From Minisyncoccia bacterium (lineage in GTDB: Bacteria > Patescibacteriota > Minisyncoccia > Phycocordibacterales > CALRBL01), in NCBI GenBank assembly GCA_038230075.1, contig JBBRNV010000006.1, positions 1 through 50,208 on the forward strand: a stretch of DNA of 50,208 bases, read 5' to 3'. The position numbers were made by a program, and so were the translations under genes. Below are positions 22,029 to 31,306 of the stretch, one piece after another. Under the pieces are notes generated by a model. That model was not told the origin of the DNA. It searched no databases and saw only the letters and a list, made by a program, of their open reading frames with translations. Each line of letters opens with the position of its first letter. Within the stretch, counting starts at the first letter, position 1.

Positions 22029-23390
22029 CTATATTTCAAGCGTCTTTACTAGGTCAGAAATAGCTACTCGAATCTGCTCACCAGTGTCTCTATCTCGAAC
22101 AGTAACCGTGTCGGTAGTGAGTGTATCGAAATCAATCGTTACACAATGTGGTGTACCAATTTCATCTTGTCGTCGGTATCGCTTTCCAATATTTCCGTTA
22201 TCATCAAACACAACTGCTAACTCATGTTTTCGAAGCATTGCCCAAATGTCTTTTGCTTTCTCAACAAGTTCTGGTTTGTTTTTTAGAAGTGGAAAGACTG
22301 CTACTTTTACCGGAGCTACTGCTTTATTAAATTTAAGAAATACTCGTTTCTCTCCTCCAAGTTCATCTTCACAATACGCATTCACAAGTACTGCAAGCAC
22401 TGAACGATCGAGTCCGAATGAGGGTTCAATACAGTGTGGAATGAATTTTTCTTTTATTGCTTCATCAAAATATTCTTGAGACACACCACTTGCCTCTTGA
22501 TGACTTTTCAAATCGTAGTCAGTTCGATATGCCAATCCGTATAATTCTTTTTTTCCAAAAGGATACTGATATTCAAAATCAGTTGTTCGTTTAGAGTAGT
22601 GAGCTCGATCACCATCTCCAACCTCAAGCTCAGTCACCTTACTTTGGTCGAGACCAATATCTTTAATAAATTCCCACATTTGCTTTCGAAAATGTTCAAA
22701 ACTTTCTTCCCACTCAGAAGGCTTCACAAAATATTCAATTTCCATCTGTTCAAGTTCACGTAGTCGAAAGATAAAATCACGAGGTGCGATTTCGTTTCGA
22801 AATGCTTTTCCAACTTGCGCCAATCCAAAAGGAATTTTTGGATTCATGGCATTTTGCACATTCTTAAAATTCACAAACATTCCCTGTGCTGTTTCTGGTC
22901 GAAGATACGAAATAGAAGCATCGTCTTCATTTCCTCCTACATGAGTCTTAAACATCATGTTAAATTGTCGAACTTCTCCAAGAGCGTTTCCATCAGGACT
23001 TTTAATTCCCTTTTCTTTAATAGTATTTGTCATTTCTTCCAAACTCATTCCTGCTGGGTTAATTTCAGCTTCTTCAAGAAGATGGTCTGCTCGATATCGT
23101 TTTTGAGTTTTTGCGTCAGTCACCAACGGATCGGTAAATGTTCCAACATGCCCTGATGCTTTCCAAACATTCTGATTCATTAAAATAGCTGCATCTACGC
23201 CATACATATCAATTCGATCAAGAACAAAGCGTTTCCACCAAATATTCTTAATATTATTCTTGAGCGCAACTCCAAGAGGACCATAATCGAATGTACCAGC
23301 CAACCCTCCGTAGATTTCTGAACCTTGAAAAATAAACCCTCGTCGCTTTGAAAGAGAGACTATTGCCTCCATAGTAGTATTCTGTGCCAT
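22029..23390 (-). CDS. glyQS: glycine--tRNA ligase, alpha2 (archaeal/eukaryote-type)
   Basis: DYGPLG, LRPETAQG, FRNEI.PR, IEPSFGLDR, YRRQDEIGTP. Confidence 0.97.
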   Translation of the reverse strand: MAQNTTMEAIVSLSKRRGFIFQGSEIYGGLAGTFDYGPLGVALKNNIKNIWWKRFVLDRIDMYGVDAAILMNQNVWKASGHVGTFTDPLVTDAKTQKRYRADHLLEEAEINPAGMSLEEMTNTIKEKGIKSPDGNALGEVRQFNMMFKTHVGGNEDDASISYLRPETAQGMFVNFKNVQNAMNPKIPFGLAQVGKAFRNEIAPRDFIFRLRELEQMEIEYFVKPSEWEESFEHFRKQMWEFIKDIGLDQSKVTELEVGDGDRAHYSKRTTDFEYQYPFGKKELYGLAYRTDYDLKSHQEASGVSQEYFDEAIKEKFIPHCIEPSFGLDRSVLAVLVNAYCEDELGGEKRVFLKFNKAVAPVKVAVFPLLKNKPELVEKAKDIWAMLRKHELAVVFDDNGNIGKRYRRQDEIGTPHCVTIDFDTLTTDTVTVRDRDTGEQIRVAISDLVKTLEI

Positions 23391-23432
23391 TACGATACTC
23401 TAACAGATTTTCGTTTTTTTGGTAACTTAAGG

Positions 23433-25391
23433 CTAGTTTGAAACCTGAGACTTCGCATAAACATATCCAGGGTCATTTTTGGTGTCAGTTGTTACCTTGC
23501 TTACCGATGCGCTCAGTGCAACTCCTGTAAAAGCGTCAGAACCAATGGCAGAAATATCTCCCGTAAGTGCAGGTGTTGTTTCTAACTGACTAATACTTGG
23601 CAAAATTGAGACTTGGAAAGAAATCTCTCGCGGAGGAGTTTTAATACCTGTTCCTGAATAAATAGTTCCAACTTGCCACATGACTTCATTTCGAGCACGG
23701 TTATAAACAACTCTTTCATCACTTGGAGATGTTTGATTAAGCCATGTTACATATGCAGGAAGTTGGGCAGATACCGCAACATCTTTCGCGTCGTTGAATC
23801 CATCAGATAATCGCCACACAACAGTATAGGTTGTTGGAGTATTAATTTTTGGAGGAATAGGACCAGTATTCGCAAAAGTTCCTGTGGCATGCTGACTTTC
23901 AGCAGCAACATACAGATTTGTTTGAAAAAGAAGTGATTGAGTGGTAACTGATTTAATAGTTTCAGGAACATCTTTTTCACTAAGACGTTTCGCGCTCACA
24001 CTTAAGTCCAATGTCATTGAAGGGTTTTTATATGGAATTGCAGAATTCTTTGTGGGGTCGATCGTATTAAAGTTGAAGGCGAGCTCTCCAGATTGTCCTG
24101 GTGCAATTTCGTTAATATCTGAATTTGTTTGGGAATTCCAAACAATTGAGTTATCTGATGATCGATAAAATCCACCGAAAGCTTGCACACTCTGATCATC
24201 GTAAAGTTGCCCGCCAAGATGCAGAACGAATTCAGGATCAGTCACCGATGTTAACAAATTATTTTTCCAAATAATCTTTCCACTTACATTTTTCTTAGGA
24301 CTAGTGACAAGATTTGTTCCACGAATATTTTCAAGAACAATCTCTGTTGCAATAAACGCCTGCTTAACAGCAATCTCTTGCACAATACCTGCGAACTTTG
24401 TTGCAATCACCTGTGGAGAACCAGAGGCTGCACTTCCTAAATCAATTCGAAACACTTTCGATTCGGTGTCCTGACCATTCAATGATCCGTTAATATCAAT
24501 CTCTCGTATTCCTCCGGGTTCGATATCTCCGAGTGACCACACATTACCAGTCTCATATCCATATCCAGTTTGTTGCTTAACAGAAGATGTTCCATTAATT
24601 GATTGTGGACTAGCACTTTTAAATGTAAAACCACTTGGGTATGCAATCGTTACCAATGTATTTTTAATAACCGCAGTAGCGTTTGAGGTGACATGAAGCT
24701 TCAAAGTGAAGTCTTGATTGGTTCCCACTTCTTTTAACGTATCGACAGTTAAACTAACAGGCGCTGCACCAATGACTACGTCATATACTTTTTCTTTTAT
24801 GAAAATAGAGTTGGAACCAGGAATACGATACTGAAGCGTGAATCGAATTTGTTTCTTAGAATCTGATTCACCAAACAAAGATGCAGAAACTAATTTATCT
24901 ACCTTTGTTCCTGCTTGAATATCGCCAAGTGTTACTACTTGATGTACCAATGGTTTAGTTTGATCTTCTGAACTTCGAGTTCCGTCTGGATAGTCGATAA
25001 CCAAATCGCTCACCAACAACTTTTCAGGGTTTTCATTAATAACAGTGACAGCAAAATCGATCTTTTGACTTGCGGGAATTGTGACAGGACCAGATACTTG
25101 AATATCAATATTATTTGGGGAGATAACATTCACTCCTTTGGCATACATTAAAAATGCAGCTCCAGCAGAAATAATAAGAAAGAGAAGAGAAAGAATAAAA
25201 AGCTTAGTAAAAATACTCGTTGGAATAACAAGCGCAGGGGCTTTGAGCGCTTCGGGATCGTGTACAAAGTCTGTCTGAAGATCTGAATATGTCTCTTCAA
25301 GACCTTTGTGTCTCTTTCGAATTATATCAGGAGCTTTTGGCGAATATAATCGCGCTTGAAGTTTATCAATTTTACTATCGTCTTCTGCCAT
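23433..25391 (-). CDS. single-TM membrane protein with tandem DUF11/Ig-like domains
   Basis: One TM near residues 60-85; repeated YPxGFTF..WSLGDIEPG..-type beta-sandwich motifs. Confidence 0.75.
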   Translation of the reverse strand: MAEDDSKIDKLQARLYSPKAPDIIRKRHKGLEETYSDLQTDFVHDPEALKAPALVIPTSIFTKLFILSLLFLIISAGAAFLMYAKGVNVISPNNIDIQVSGPVTIPASQKIDFAVTVINENPEKLLVSDLVIDYPDGTRSSEDQTKPLVHQVVTLGDIQAGTKVDKLVSASLFGESDSKKQIRFTLQYRIPGSNSIFIKEKVYDVVIGAAPVSLTVDTLKEVGTNQDFTLKLHVTSNATAVIKNTLVTIAYPSGFTFKSASPQSINGTSSVKQQTGYGYETGNVWSLGDIEPGGIREIDINGSLNGQDTESKVFRIDLGSAASGSPQVIATKFAGIVQEIAVKQAFIATEIVLENIRGTNLVTSPKKNVSGKIIWKNNLLTSVTDPEFVLHLGGQLYDDQSVQAFGGFYRSSDNSIVWNSQTNSDINEIAPGQSGELAFNFNTIDPTKNSAIPYKNPSMTLDLSVSAKRLSEKDVPETIKSVTTQSLLFQTNLYVAAESQHATGTFANTGPIPPKINTPTTYTVVWRLSDGFNDAKDVAVSAQLPAYVTWLNQTSPSDERVVYNRARNEVMWQVGTIYSGTGIKTPPREISFQVSILPSISQLETTPALTGDISAIGSDAFTGVALSASVSKVTTDTKNDPGYVYAKSQVSN

Positions 25392-25408
25392 AGAAGAAGT
25401 ATACCAAA

Positions 25409-25993
25409 CTATAATCCACTTGCCTTGAGTGCAATGTTAATTACTTCAATGAGTTTCTTTTGAGATGACCGATGTTGCTCGATTATTTTTTCGCTAAGTA
25501 TAGTTTCTCCGAACACACTCTCAATTTCTTTAGTTGGTGAAATATATCCAAGATGTTGAAGAAGACGAGCGACCGTAATAACTTCTATTGTTTTTTGATC
25601 GCTATCGTTTGCGTTATTTTTTGCAATATGCATAAAAAATGAACGAAGTAGAGTATAAATATAAGCATCTGATTCTTCTTCATGAATCAATCTCTCAATC
25701 AGCTTCACAATTCGCGCATACACTTTAGTAACAAAAATATTGGTCGGACGCAGCACATTAATTGATTGTGCACCTGTAATTCTCCAGTACTCCTTTCCTC
25801 TCACGAGCGAAACTCTACTGTGGCTCATATCATCAAGTGCATATCTAAGTTTCGAACTCATTGTTCGAATACCTTGTGCACTTGCGCGAATAAGACCCAA
25901 CTCTTCTGTGTATAGAATAAATATCTTTGCTGTTTCTCCATATGAAGAACTACCGACTACAAATGCATCAGTTTGGTAAATGTGGTATGCCAT
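25409..25993 (-). CDS. recO: DNA repair protein RecO (short CPR form)
   Basis: N-terminal OB fold: YGE..KIFILYTEELGLIRASAQGIR..SKL. Confidence 0.8.
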   Translation of the reverse strand: MAYHIYQTDAFVVGSSSYGETAKIFILYTEELGLIRASAQGIRTMSSKLRYALDDMSHSRVSLVRGKEYWRITGAQSINVLRPTNIFVTKVYARIVKLIERLIHEEESDAYIYTLLRSFFMHIAKNNANDSDQKTIEVITVARLLQHLGYISPTKEIESVFGETILSEKIIEQHRSSQKKLIEVINIALKASGL

Positions 25994-26005
25994 AGTAAAA
26001 GCAGT

Positions 26006-29000
26006 CTATGAAATAGCGATCACAGCTTCGTATTCGCCAACTTTTGTTGCGACACCCTCGAGACTATCGTGTATATCAATTTGAGAAGTGAGGGTCACTT
26101 TTTTAATCATGTCTTCGTATTCAGCAATTATTGTTGAAAGTTCAAGAGGAGCTTTAATATGAAGACTGATAGTGTCGGTAGGATTAAGACCTTTTGTTTT
26201 TCGAGCTTCTTGAATTGCACGAATAAGTTCACGAACATCTCCTTCTTTTCGAAGATCCTCGGTAATCTCGAGATCAAGTTTTACATTTCGTGTATCGTCG
26301 TCATCAAAATTGGCTTCAACGATGACCTCCTTAACATTCACCTCATCTTTAATGAGATCAAGAAGGTCTTGTTCACTTCCAATATCATACGCATCTTTTC
26401 GAATTGAGAGAGATCGAAGTGGTTGTCGCACTTTTATTACCGCTTTAGCACGTGCTTCCAAACCAAGTGAAACAATTTCTCGAACTTCTGTCATTTGTTT
26501 AATAAGTAATTCCTGCTCGGCATTGAATGTTGTAAGTGCAGGCCAAGAATCGAGGTGCACACTTTCTTTGAAATCTTTTGCGATCTTTGGAGCAAGTGCT
26601 GTTAGTCGCATATAAAGTGATTCAGCAAAGAAAGGCATAAATGGGGCGATAACTTTTGAGAATTCAGCAAGAATATAAAACGAAGTTTGAAGAGCAATTT
26701 TCTTATCTTCAATATCATCTCCCTTAAATCGCTCTCGTGATCGACGAATGTACCATGTCGAAAGATCATCAACAAAGCTAACAATTGGACGTGTTGCACG
26801 ATCAAGTTCGAACCCATCAAGTGATTCGGTAACCTCTTTGGTCATTTGTTCAATTCGAAGCAATGCCCATGTATCAAGTAAATTTGTTACAGTTGGTTTT
26901 GTAAGTGTAAGTGAATTTTTTACCTCTTCATCTGAATACATTTCAACAAATTGAAGTACATTATCGGTTCGATTAATAATCTTCTTCATCACCTCATCAA
27001 TTCCCTTCTCTGAAAATCGAATATCTTCTGCGTGAACTGCAGGAGAACTCATAAGATAGAATCGAAGTGCGTCTGCACTATATTTCTCCATGGTTGGAAG
27101 AAGATCAGGATAATTTCGTAAACTCTTCGACATTTTCCGCCCGTCTTCTGCCAAGATCATTCCATTCACAACAACATTTTTATATGGAGATTTTCCAAAA
27201 AGTGCTGTACCTAACACCGTTAATACATAAAACCATCCTCGAGTTTGATCAAGTCCTTCAGCAATAAAATCTGCAGGAAAAAGCGAACTTCCCTCTTTTT
27301 CAAATTCTTCTTTGTTTTCAAAAGGATAATGATTCTGAGCAAATGTCATTGAACCTGAATCAAACCATGTGTCGAATACATCAGGAATTCGTTTCATTAA
27401 CTTTCCCGACTTTGACATAAACGTGACTCTGTCAATATATGGTCGATGAAAATCAAGTTCGTATGTCATATTATGAGGAATTGCCGCAATGTCGAGAGGA
27501 AGAACACTCGCATTTCCAATTTCTGCAGTTTTTACTCCAATAGCAGAAGCCTTCGCATTCATTTCAGTTTTTCTTTCAGTGCACTGTTTGGCATTTAATC
27601 CATCAGAAATACACGAAAGCATCCACACACATGAAGCATGAGTGACGATTAATACTTTTTTTCCATGATATGTTTTATCAAATTCATAAATAAAGTCTCC
27701 CAATCGCATTCGAAGATCGTGGTAACTTTCACCACCAGATATTGATTCAGTAAATGTTGATTCATGCGCTTGATGATTTTTTACATACTCTTCAATGGTC
27801 CTTCCTTCATATTCACCAACTCCAATTTCGTGTAGGCGTTCATCAAAAATAACTTGTTCTTTATTCAGACCCAATTCTTCGGCAATAAGTGTTGCGGTTT
27901 CGTGTGTTCGTAAAATAGAAGAAGCAACGATGAGATCGATTCCTTGATCTTTCAAGCTTTGTGCTGCCTCCTTCACCTGTCCTCTTCCATTTGCGGTTAA
28001 TGAATACTTACTCACTAGTTCTGAACTAATGATATTCGCAACATTATTTTCAGACTCAGCATGACGCATGACCATGTACGTATTTCGTCGAGTTTTATCT
28101 TTCAATTCTTTAAGAGATCCAAGCACTTCAACTTCATTTCCGTCTTCTGTTTTCCAAATAGGAAGAGGTGTTCCCCAAAAACGAGCTCGGGAAACTGACC
28201 AATCACGTGCACCTTCGAGCCATTTTCCAAAGCGCCCTTCTCCGATTTGTTCGGGAAGCCATGATACTTTTGAGTTTGAATTCATTAATCCATCTCGCAT
28301 GTCGGCAACACGAACAAACCACGATGATGTTGCGTAGTTTAAAAGAGGAACACCTGTTCGATAGTCGTGTGGATATGAGTGAATAAACTTTTCTTTTTTG
28401 AACAACGACCCGTTATGAGCAAGATATTTAATAACTTCGATATCAGTTTTCTGCACATCATCAGCTGGTTTAGCTTGAAGACCTGCAAAGTCTGTTACTT
28501 CAGGTTTAATTGCTCCGTCCATTCCAACATGTTGAATGAAGGGAAGATTTTTTTCTTGGGCCAATTGTAAGTCATCTTCTCCAAAAGCGGGTGCGATGTG
28601 CACAATTCCTGTTCCATCAGTTGCCGTGACAAATTCTCCAGCATACACTTTCCACCCATTTTCTTTATTCTTAAGTGGTGTGTCTTTGTAGTAATCAAAA
28701 AGTGGAGCATACGAAAGACCAACCAACTCTTTTCCACTAAATTCTTCAACAATTGCTATTTGTTTCTCACCAAATACTTTTGCAACCAACTCTTTGGCCA
28801 AAATAAAATATTCTTTTCCTTTATCGCTTTCTGCTTCTACGAGCACATATTGAATTTCATTGTTAACTGCAAGAGCAACATTTCCAGGTAGAGTCCATGG
28901 AGTTGTTGTCCAAGCCAATATCAACACTTCTCTTCCTTTAAATTTTGATTTGAATTTTACATAGGCAGAAATATCAGTGATGTCTTTATATCCCTGATTC

Positions 29001-29617
29001 ACTTCAAAGTTTGAAAGCGTGGTTTCATAGTATGGAGAAACATGCATGGTTTTAAATCCTTCATATACAAGACCTTTATCAAACAGCTGCTTGAATGCCC
29101 ACCAAACAGATTCTGTATATGTTGCGTCCATCGTCTGATAGAAGTTGTCCATATCAATAAATCTTCCAGATCGTGGAACAATTTCTTTCCATTCATTAAA
29201 ATATCGAAGCACACTCGCACGTGCAGCTTCATTAAATTTTTCAACACCGTACTGTTCAATATCTTTTTTCGTGTGAAGTCCTAATTCTTTTGAAACGAGT
29301 TGTTCAACAGGAAGTCCGTGACAGTCCCATCCCCATCGTCGAAGAACTCGCTTTCCTTTCATTGTTTGATATCGAGGAATAACGTCTTTAATTGTTCCTG
29401 GAAGAATGTGGCCGTAATGTGGAAGACCAGTTGCAAAAGGAGGACCATCATAAAATACAAAATTTCCAAGAGGGGCATCTTTGGTTAAGGTCTTTTTAAA
29501 AATGTCGTGCTCATTCCAAAACTTCAAGACCTCGTGTTCTCGTTTTGCAGCAGAGCTTTGCACTACTTCTTCTGGCTTTGTCTCGCCTTCCTTCTTCTTT
29601 TCTGGTTGATCTTTCAT
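26006..29617 (-). CDS. ileS: isoleucine--tRNA ligase (type 2) with inserted histidine-phosphatase domain
   Basis: DGPPFATGLPHYGH, GWDCHGLP, WTTTPWTLP, EGLDQTRGWF, KMSKS; insert MRHAES..GGES..VTHA; start moved to MKDQ. Confidence 0.95.
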   Translation of the reverse strand: MKDQPEKKKEGETKPEEVVQSSAAKREHEVLKFWNEHDIFKKTLTKDAPLGNFVFYDGPPFATGLPHYGHILPGTIKDVIPRYQTMKGKRVLRRWGWDCHGLPVEQLVSKELGLHTKKDIEQYGVEKFNEAARASVLRYFNEWKEIVPRSGRFIDMDNFYQTMDATYTESVWWAFKQLFDKGLVYEGFKTMHVSPYYETTLSNFEVNQGYKDITDISAYVKFKSKFKGREVLILAWTTTPWTLPGNVALAVNNEIQYVLVEAESDKGKEYFILAKELVAKVFGEKQIAIVEEFSGKELVGLSYAPLFDYYKDTPLKNKENGWKVYAGEFVTATDGTGIVHIAPAFGEDDLQLAQEKNLPFIQHVGMDGAIKPEVTDFAGLQAKPADDVQKTDIEVIKYLAHNGSLFKKEKFIHSYPHDYRTGVPLLNYATSSWFVRVADMRDGLMNSNSKVSWLPEQIGEGRFGKWLEGARDWSVSRARFWGTPLPIWKTEDGNEVEVLGSLKELKDKTRRNTYMVMRHAESENNVANIISSELVSKYSLTANGRGQVKEAAQSLKDQGIDLIVASSILRTHETATLIAEELGLNKEQVIFDERLHEIGVGEYEGRTIEEYVKNHQAHESTFTESISGGESYHDLRMRLGDFIYEFDKTYHGKKVLIVTHASCVWMLSCISDGLNAKQCTERKTEMNAKASAIGVKTAEIGNASVLPLDIAAIPHNMTYELDFHRPYIDRVTFMSKSGKLMKRIPDVFDTWFDSGSMTFAQNHYPFENKEEFEKEGSSLFPADFIAEGLDQTRGWFYVLTVLGTALFGKSPYKNVVVNGMILAEDGRKMSKSLRNYPDLLPTMEKYSADALRFYLMSSPAVHAEDIRFSEKGIDEVMKKIINRTDNVLQFVEMYSDEEVKNSLTLTKPTVTNLLDTWALLRIEQMTKEVTESLDGFELDRATRPIVSFVDDLSTWYIRRSRERFKGDDIEDKKIALQTSFYILAEFSKVIAPFMPFFAESLYMRLTALAPKIAKDFKESVHLDSWPALTTFNAEQELLIKQMTEVREIVSLGLEARAKAVIKVRQPLRSLSIRKDAYDIGSEQDLLDLIKDEVNVKEVIVEANFDDDDTRNVKLDLEITEDLRKEGDVRELIRAIQEARKTKGLNPTDTISLHIKAPLELSTIIAEYEDMIKKVTLTSQIDIHDSLEGVATKVGEYEAVIAIS

Positions 29618-29703
29618 GTCACACCATACTAGCATCTTGAAGCTTCATTTTGAAGTTTTTAGCCCTTAATCATGACATGTGGGGATATATATAGAAATCG
29701 ATG

Positions 29704-29731
29704 CGCCGCTCCCTTTTTGGGGGGTAGCGGC
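29704..29731 (-). terminator. GC-rich hairpin upstream of ileS
   Basis: GCCGCTCCC..GGGTAGCGGC stem; no gene visibly ends directly before it. Confidence 0.4.
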
Positions 29732-29786
29732 AGCATGAAAGTTTCATTAGTCATTTTTCAAAGTCGCAATGTCTTTAAAAAAAATG

Positions 29787-29819
29787 AATCGCCGCCCCTG
29801 TTTCAAAGGTGCGGCGATG
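29787..29819 (-). terminator. terminator after the paralog pseudogene
   Basis: ATCGCCGC..GCGGCGAT hairpin, then a T-run on the minus strand. Confidence 0.65.
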
Positions 29820-29837
29820 TCACGTGAGAAGTTGCGG

Positions 29838-30335
29838 CTACTTCTTTTTCTTTGCCGGCTTCTTAGTGGTTTTCTTCTGCGTGATCTTCTTTTTGGGCTG
29901 AGCTTTCTGTCTCGCCCGTTTCCTTTCAGCCCTTACCAAGCGACGATTCATACTCTTGTTGGCTTCGGAGTAGAAGTAGACGAGTTTTTTAATGATGGCC
30001 AAGACCGTACCTCGAAAGTTACGTGCGCCGTTCGTGAGAGCGGTCTTATGAGCTGAGATCAAGGAAACAGCCAGATAGTGATATCGTTCTGCGGTTTCAA
30101 AAAGGCACGGGATGAGGTCGTAAAAGTCTTTGTACCTACTTGGACTAATCATTCTCTGAACCATCTTGGCGAATGCTTTGGGTGACTTTCTGACTTAGGT
30201 GTCGATCTGCTCAGCAAGTAGTCTTTGTGCCTTAGCAGAACAATCTCTGCTTTCGTCGATTGTGAACACTTCATCAGGAGGAAGTCGAAACAGGAATCTT
30301 CCAAAATTCAGAACTGACAGTGGACGAGTCATCAT
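29838..30335 (-). pseudogene. paralog of 30495-30938 interrupted by an in-frame TAA (30195-30197); Lys-rich C-terminal tail
   Basis: The frame continues upstream as MMTRPLSVLNFGRFLFRL..LAEQIDT*VRKSP..YDLIPCLF, aligning with LGKFSFCL..LAKQIDTFILREP..YDMMPTIF. Confidence 0.75.
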
Positions 30336-30445
30336 GGTATTAAAAAGACCGAGGTGATACTGAGTGGTGAGTGGTCGGAAATGACCTAAAGGAAATATAC
30401 TGATATTTGACGAATTAGCAATTAATTTACCTTATATAAAACAAG

Positions 30446-30473
30446 CCCGCCGCATCCCAGTGGGACACGGCGG
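30446..30473 (-). terminator. terminator of 30495-30938
   Basis: CCGCCG.ATCCC..GGGAC.CGGCGG stem, then TTGTTTT on the minus strand. Confidence 0.6.
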
Positions 30474-30494
30474 TTGTGAAATTGGATGCGAAGG

Positions 30495-30938
30495 TTAGGC
30501 AGCAACGGATGTGATTTGCCCTTCTACTACCTGGGACGGTACTTCGGCCACACCGACTCTTGCCTGCTTAAAGTCGCGAGCGATCTTCTCGATGATCGCA
30601 AATCCGATATCGCGAAGCATCCGAGAAGTCTCGGTTACTTTTGAGATATGCTCGATGACGATCAAACCAGCAACCGTGAACTTCTCACGAGGAACTGTGA
30701 GTCGAAAAATTGTCGGCATCATATCGTACGCATTTCCGACAGACGTTGTCGAGAGATGCTTTTTCATCTCGCTCGAGAAATTTTCTGGCTCCCGCAAAAT
30801 GAAAGTGTCGATTTGCTTTGCGAGATGCACGAGCGCTTGTTTCGAGAGAGGCTCGCCCTTGCGCACTTTTCTGACATCGACCTCGTCAAGGCAGAAACTG
30901 AACTTTCCAAGCAGTATGTGTGTGGGTACAGGTTTCAT
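30495..30938 (-). CDS. GC-rich orphan protein (147 aa), intact member of the tandem pair
   Basis: Own promoter TTGACT-16-TATATT (30995-31022) and terminator; paralogy with the adjacent gene supports the frame. Confidence 0.75.
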   Translation of the reverse strand: MKPVPTHILLGKFSFCLDEVDVRKVRKGEPLSKQALVHLAKQIDTFILREPENFSSEMKKHLSTTSVGNAYDMMPTIFRLTVPREKFTVAGLIVIEHISKVTETSRMLRDIGFAIIEKIARDFKQARVGVAEVPSQVVEGQITSVAA

Positions 30939-31125
30939 CTTACTTAAATGTACTTAAGGGTTTACTAACAGAGATCGGAGGTGACCTATACCGAAATATA
31001 CGTTGAACAGCCAAGAAGTCAAAGTATATTTTTAATTGTAACTATTGCCCTTTTCTTATAGAATCCGTTGGTACATACATTTGTACCCTCGCACGCATAG
31101 CTGTTCTGTTGATAACAGCGGAGAT

Positions 31126-31197
31126 GCACGCATAGCTCAGCGGTAGAGCAGTCGTCTTATACACGACCGGTCCTAGGTTCAATCCCTAGTGCGTGCA
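31126..31197 (+). tRNA. tRNA-Ile(UAU), CCA not encoded
   Basis: Cloverleaf with GCACGCA/TGCGTGC acceptor, GTCGT-CTTATAC-ACGAC anticodon arm (TAT at 31158-31160) and GGTTCAATCC T-arm; Ile identity elements A73, C4:G69, U12:A23, C29:G41. Confidence 0.92.
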
Positions 31198-31302
31198 CAA
31201 AGAACCCTACAAAATAAAAACATCTAGGTTGTCACTAAGTCCTCGCCCTTACGGGCTGCGGAATCGTTCCAACTAGATGTTTTTATTTTGTAGGGTTCTT
31301 TG
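31198..31302. repeat. 30-bp perfect inverted repeat with related core (dispersed element, copy 3)
   Basis: Arms 31198-31227 / 31273-31302; core reverse complement GGAACG-ATTCCGCAGCCC-GTAA-GGGCGAGGACT-TAGTGAC. Confidence 0.85.
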
Positions 31303-31306
31303 ACTA

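Noticed and set aside
21742-22479. Alternative ORFs 21742-21924, 21764-21979 and 21997-22479
   Set aside because: They overlap or are antisense to better-supported frames; leader and terminator orientation favour 21749-21970 on the minus strand.
29620-29830. T-box riboswitch upstream of ileS
   Set aside because: No GGTGGNACCGCG T-box or stem I motifs are present, and ileS has a leaderless-type -10 next to its ATG.
30195-30197. Stop-codon reassignment (code 25 or TAA readthrough)
   Set aside because: TAA, TAG and TGA all end genuine genes here and Trp/Gly use standard codons; an isolated nonsense change is simpler.
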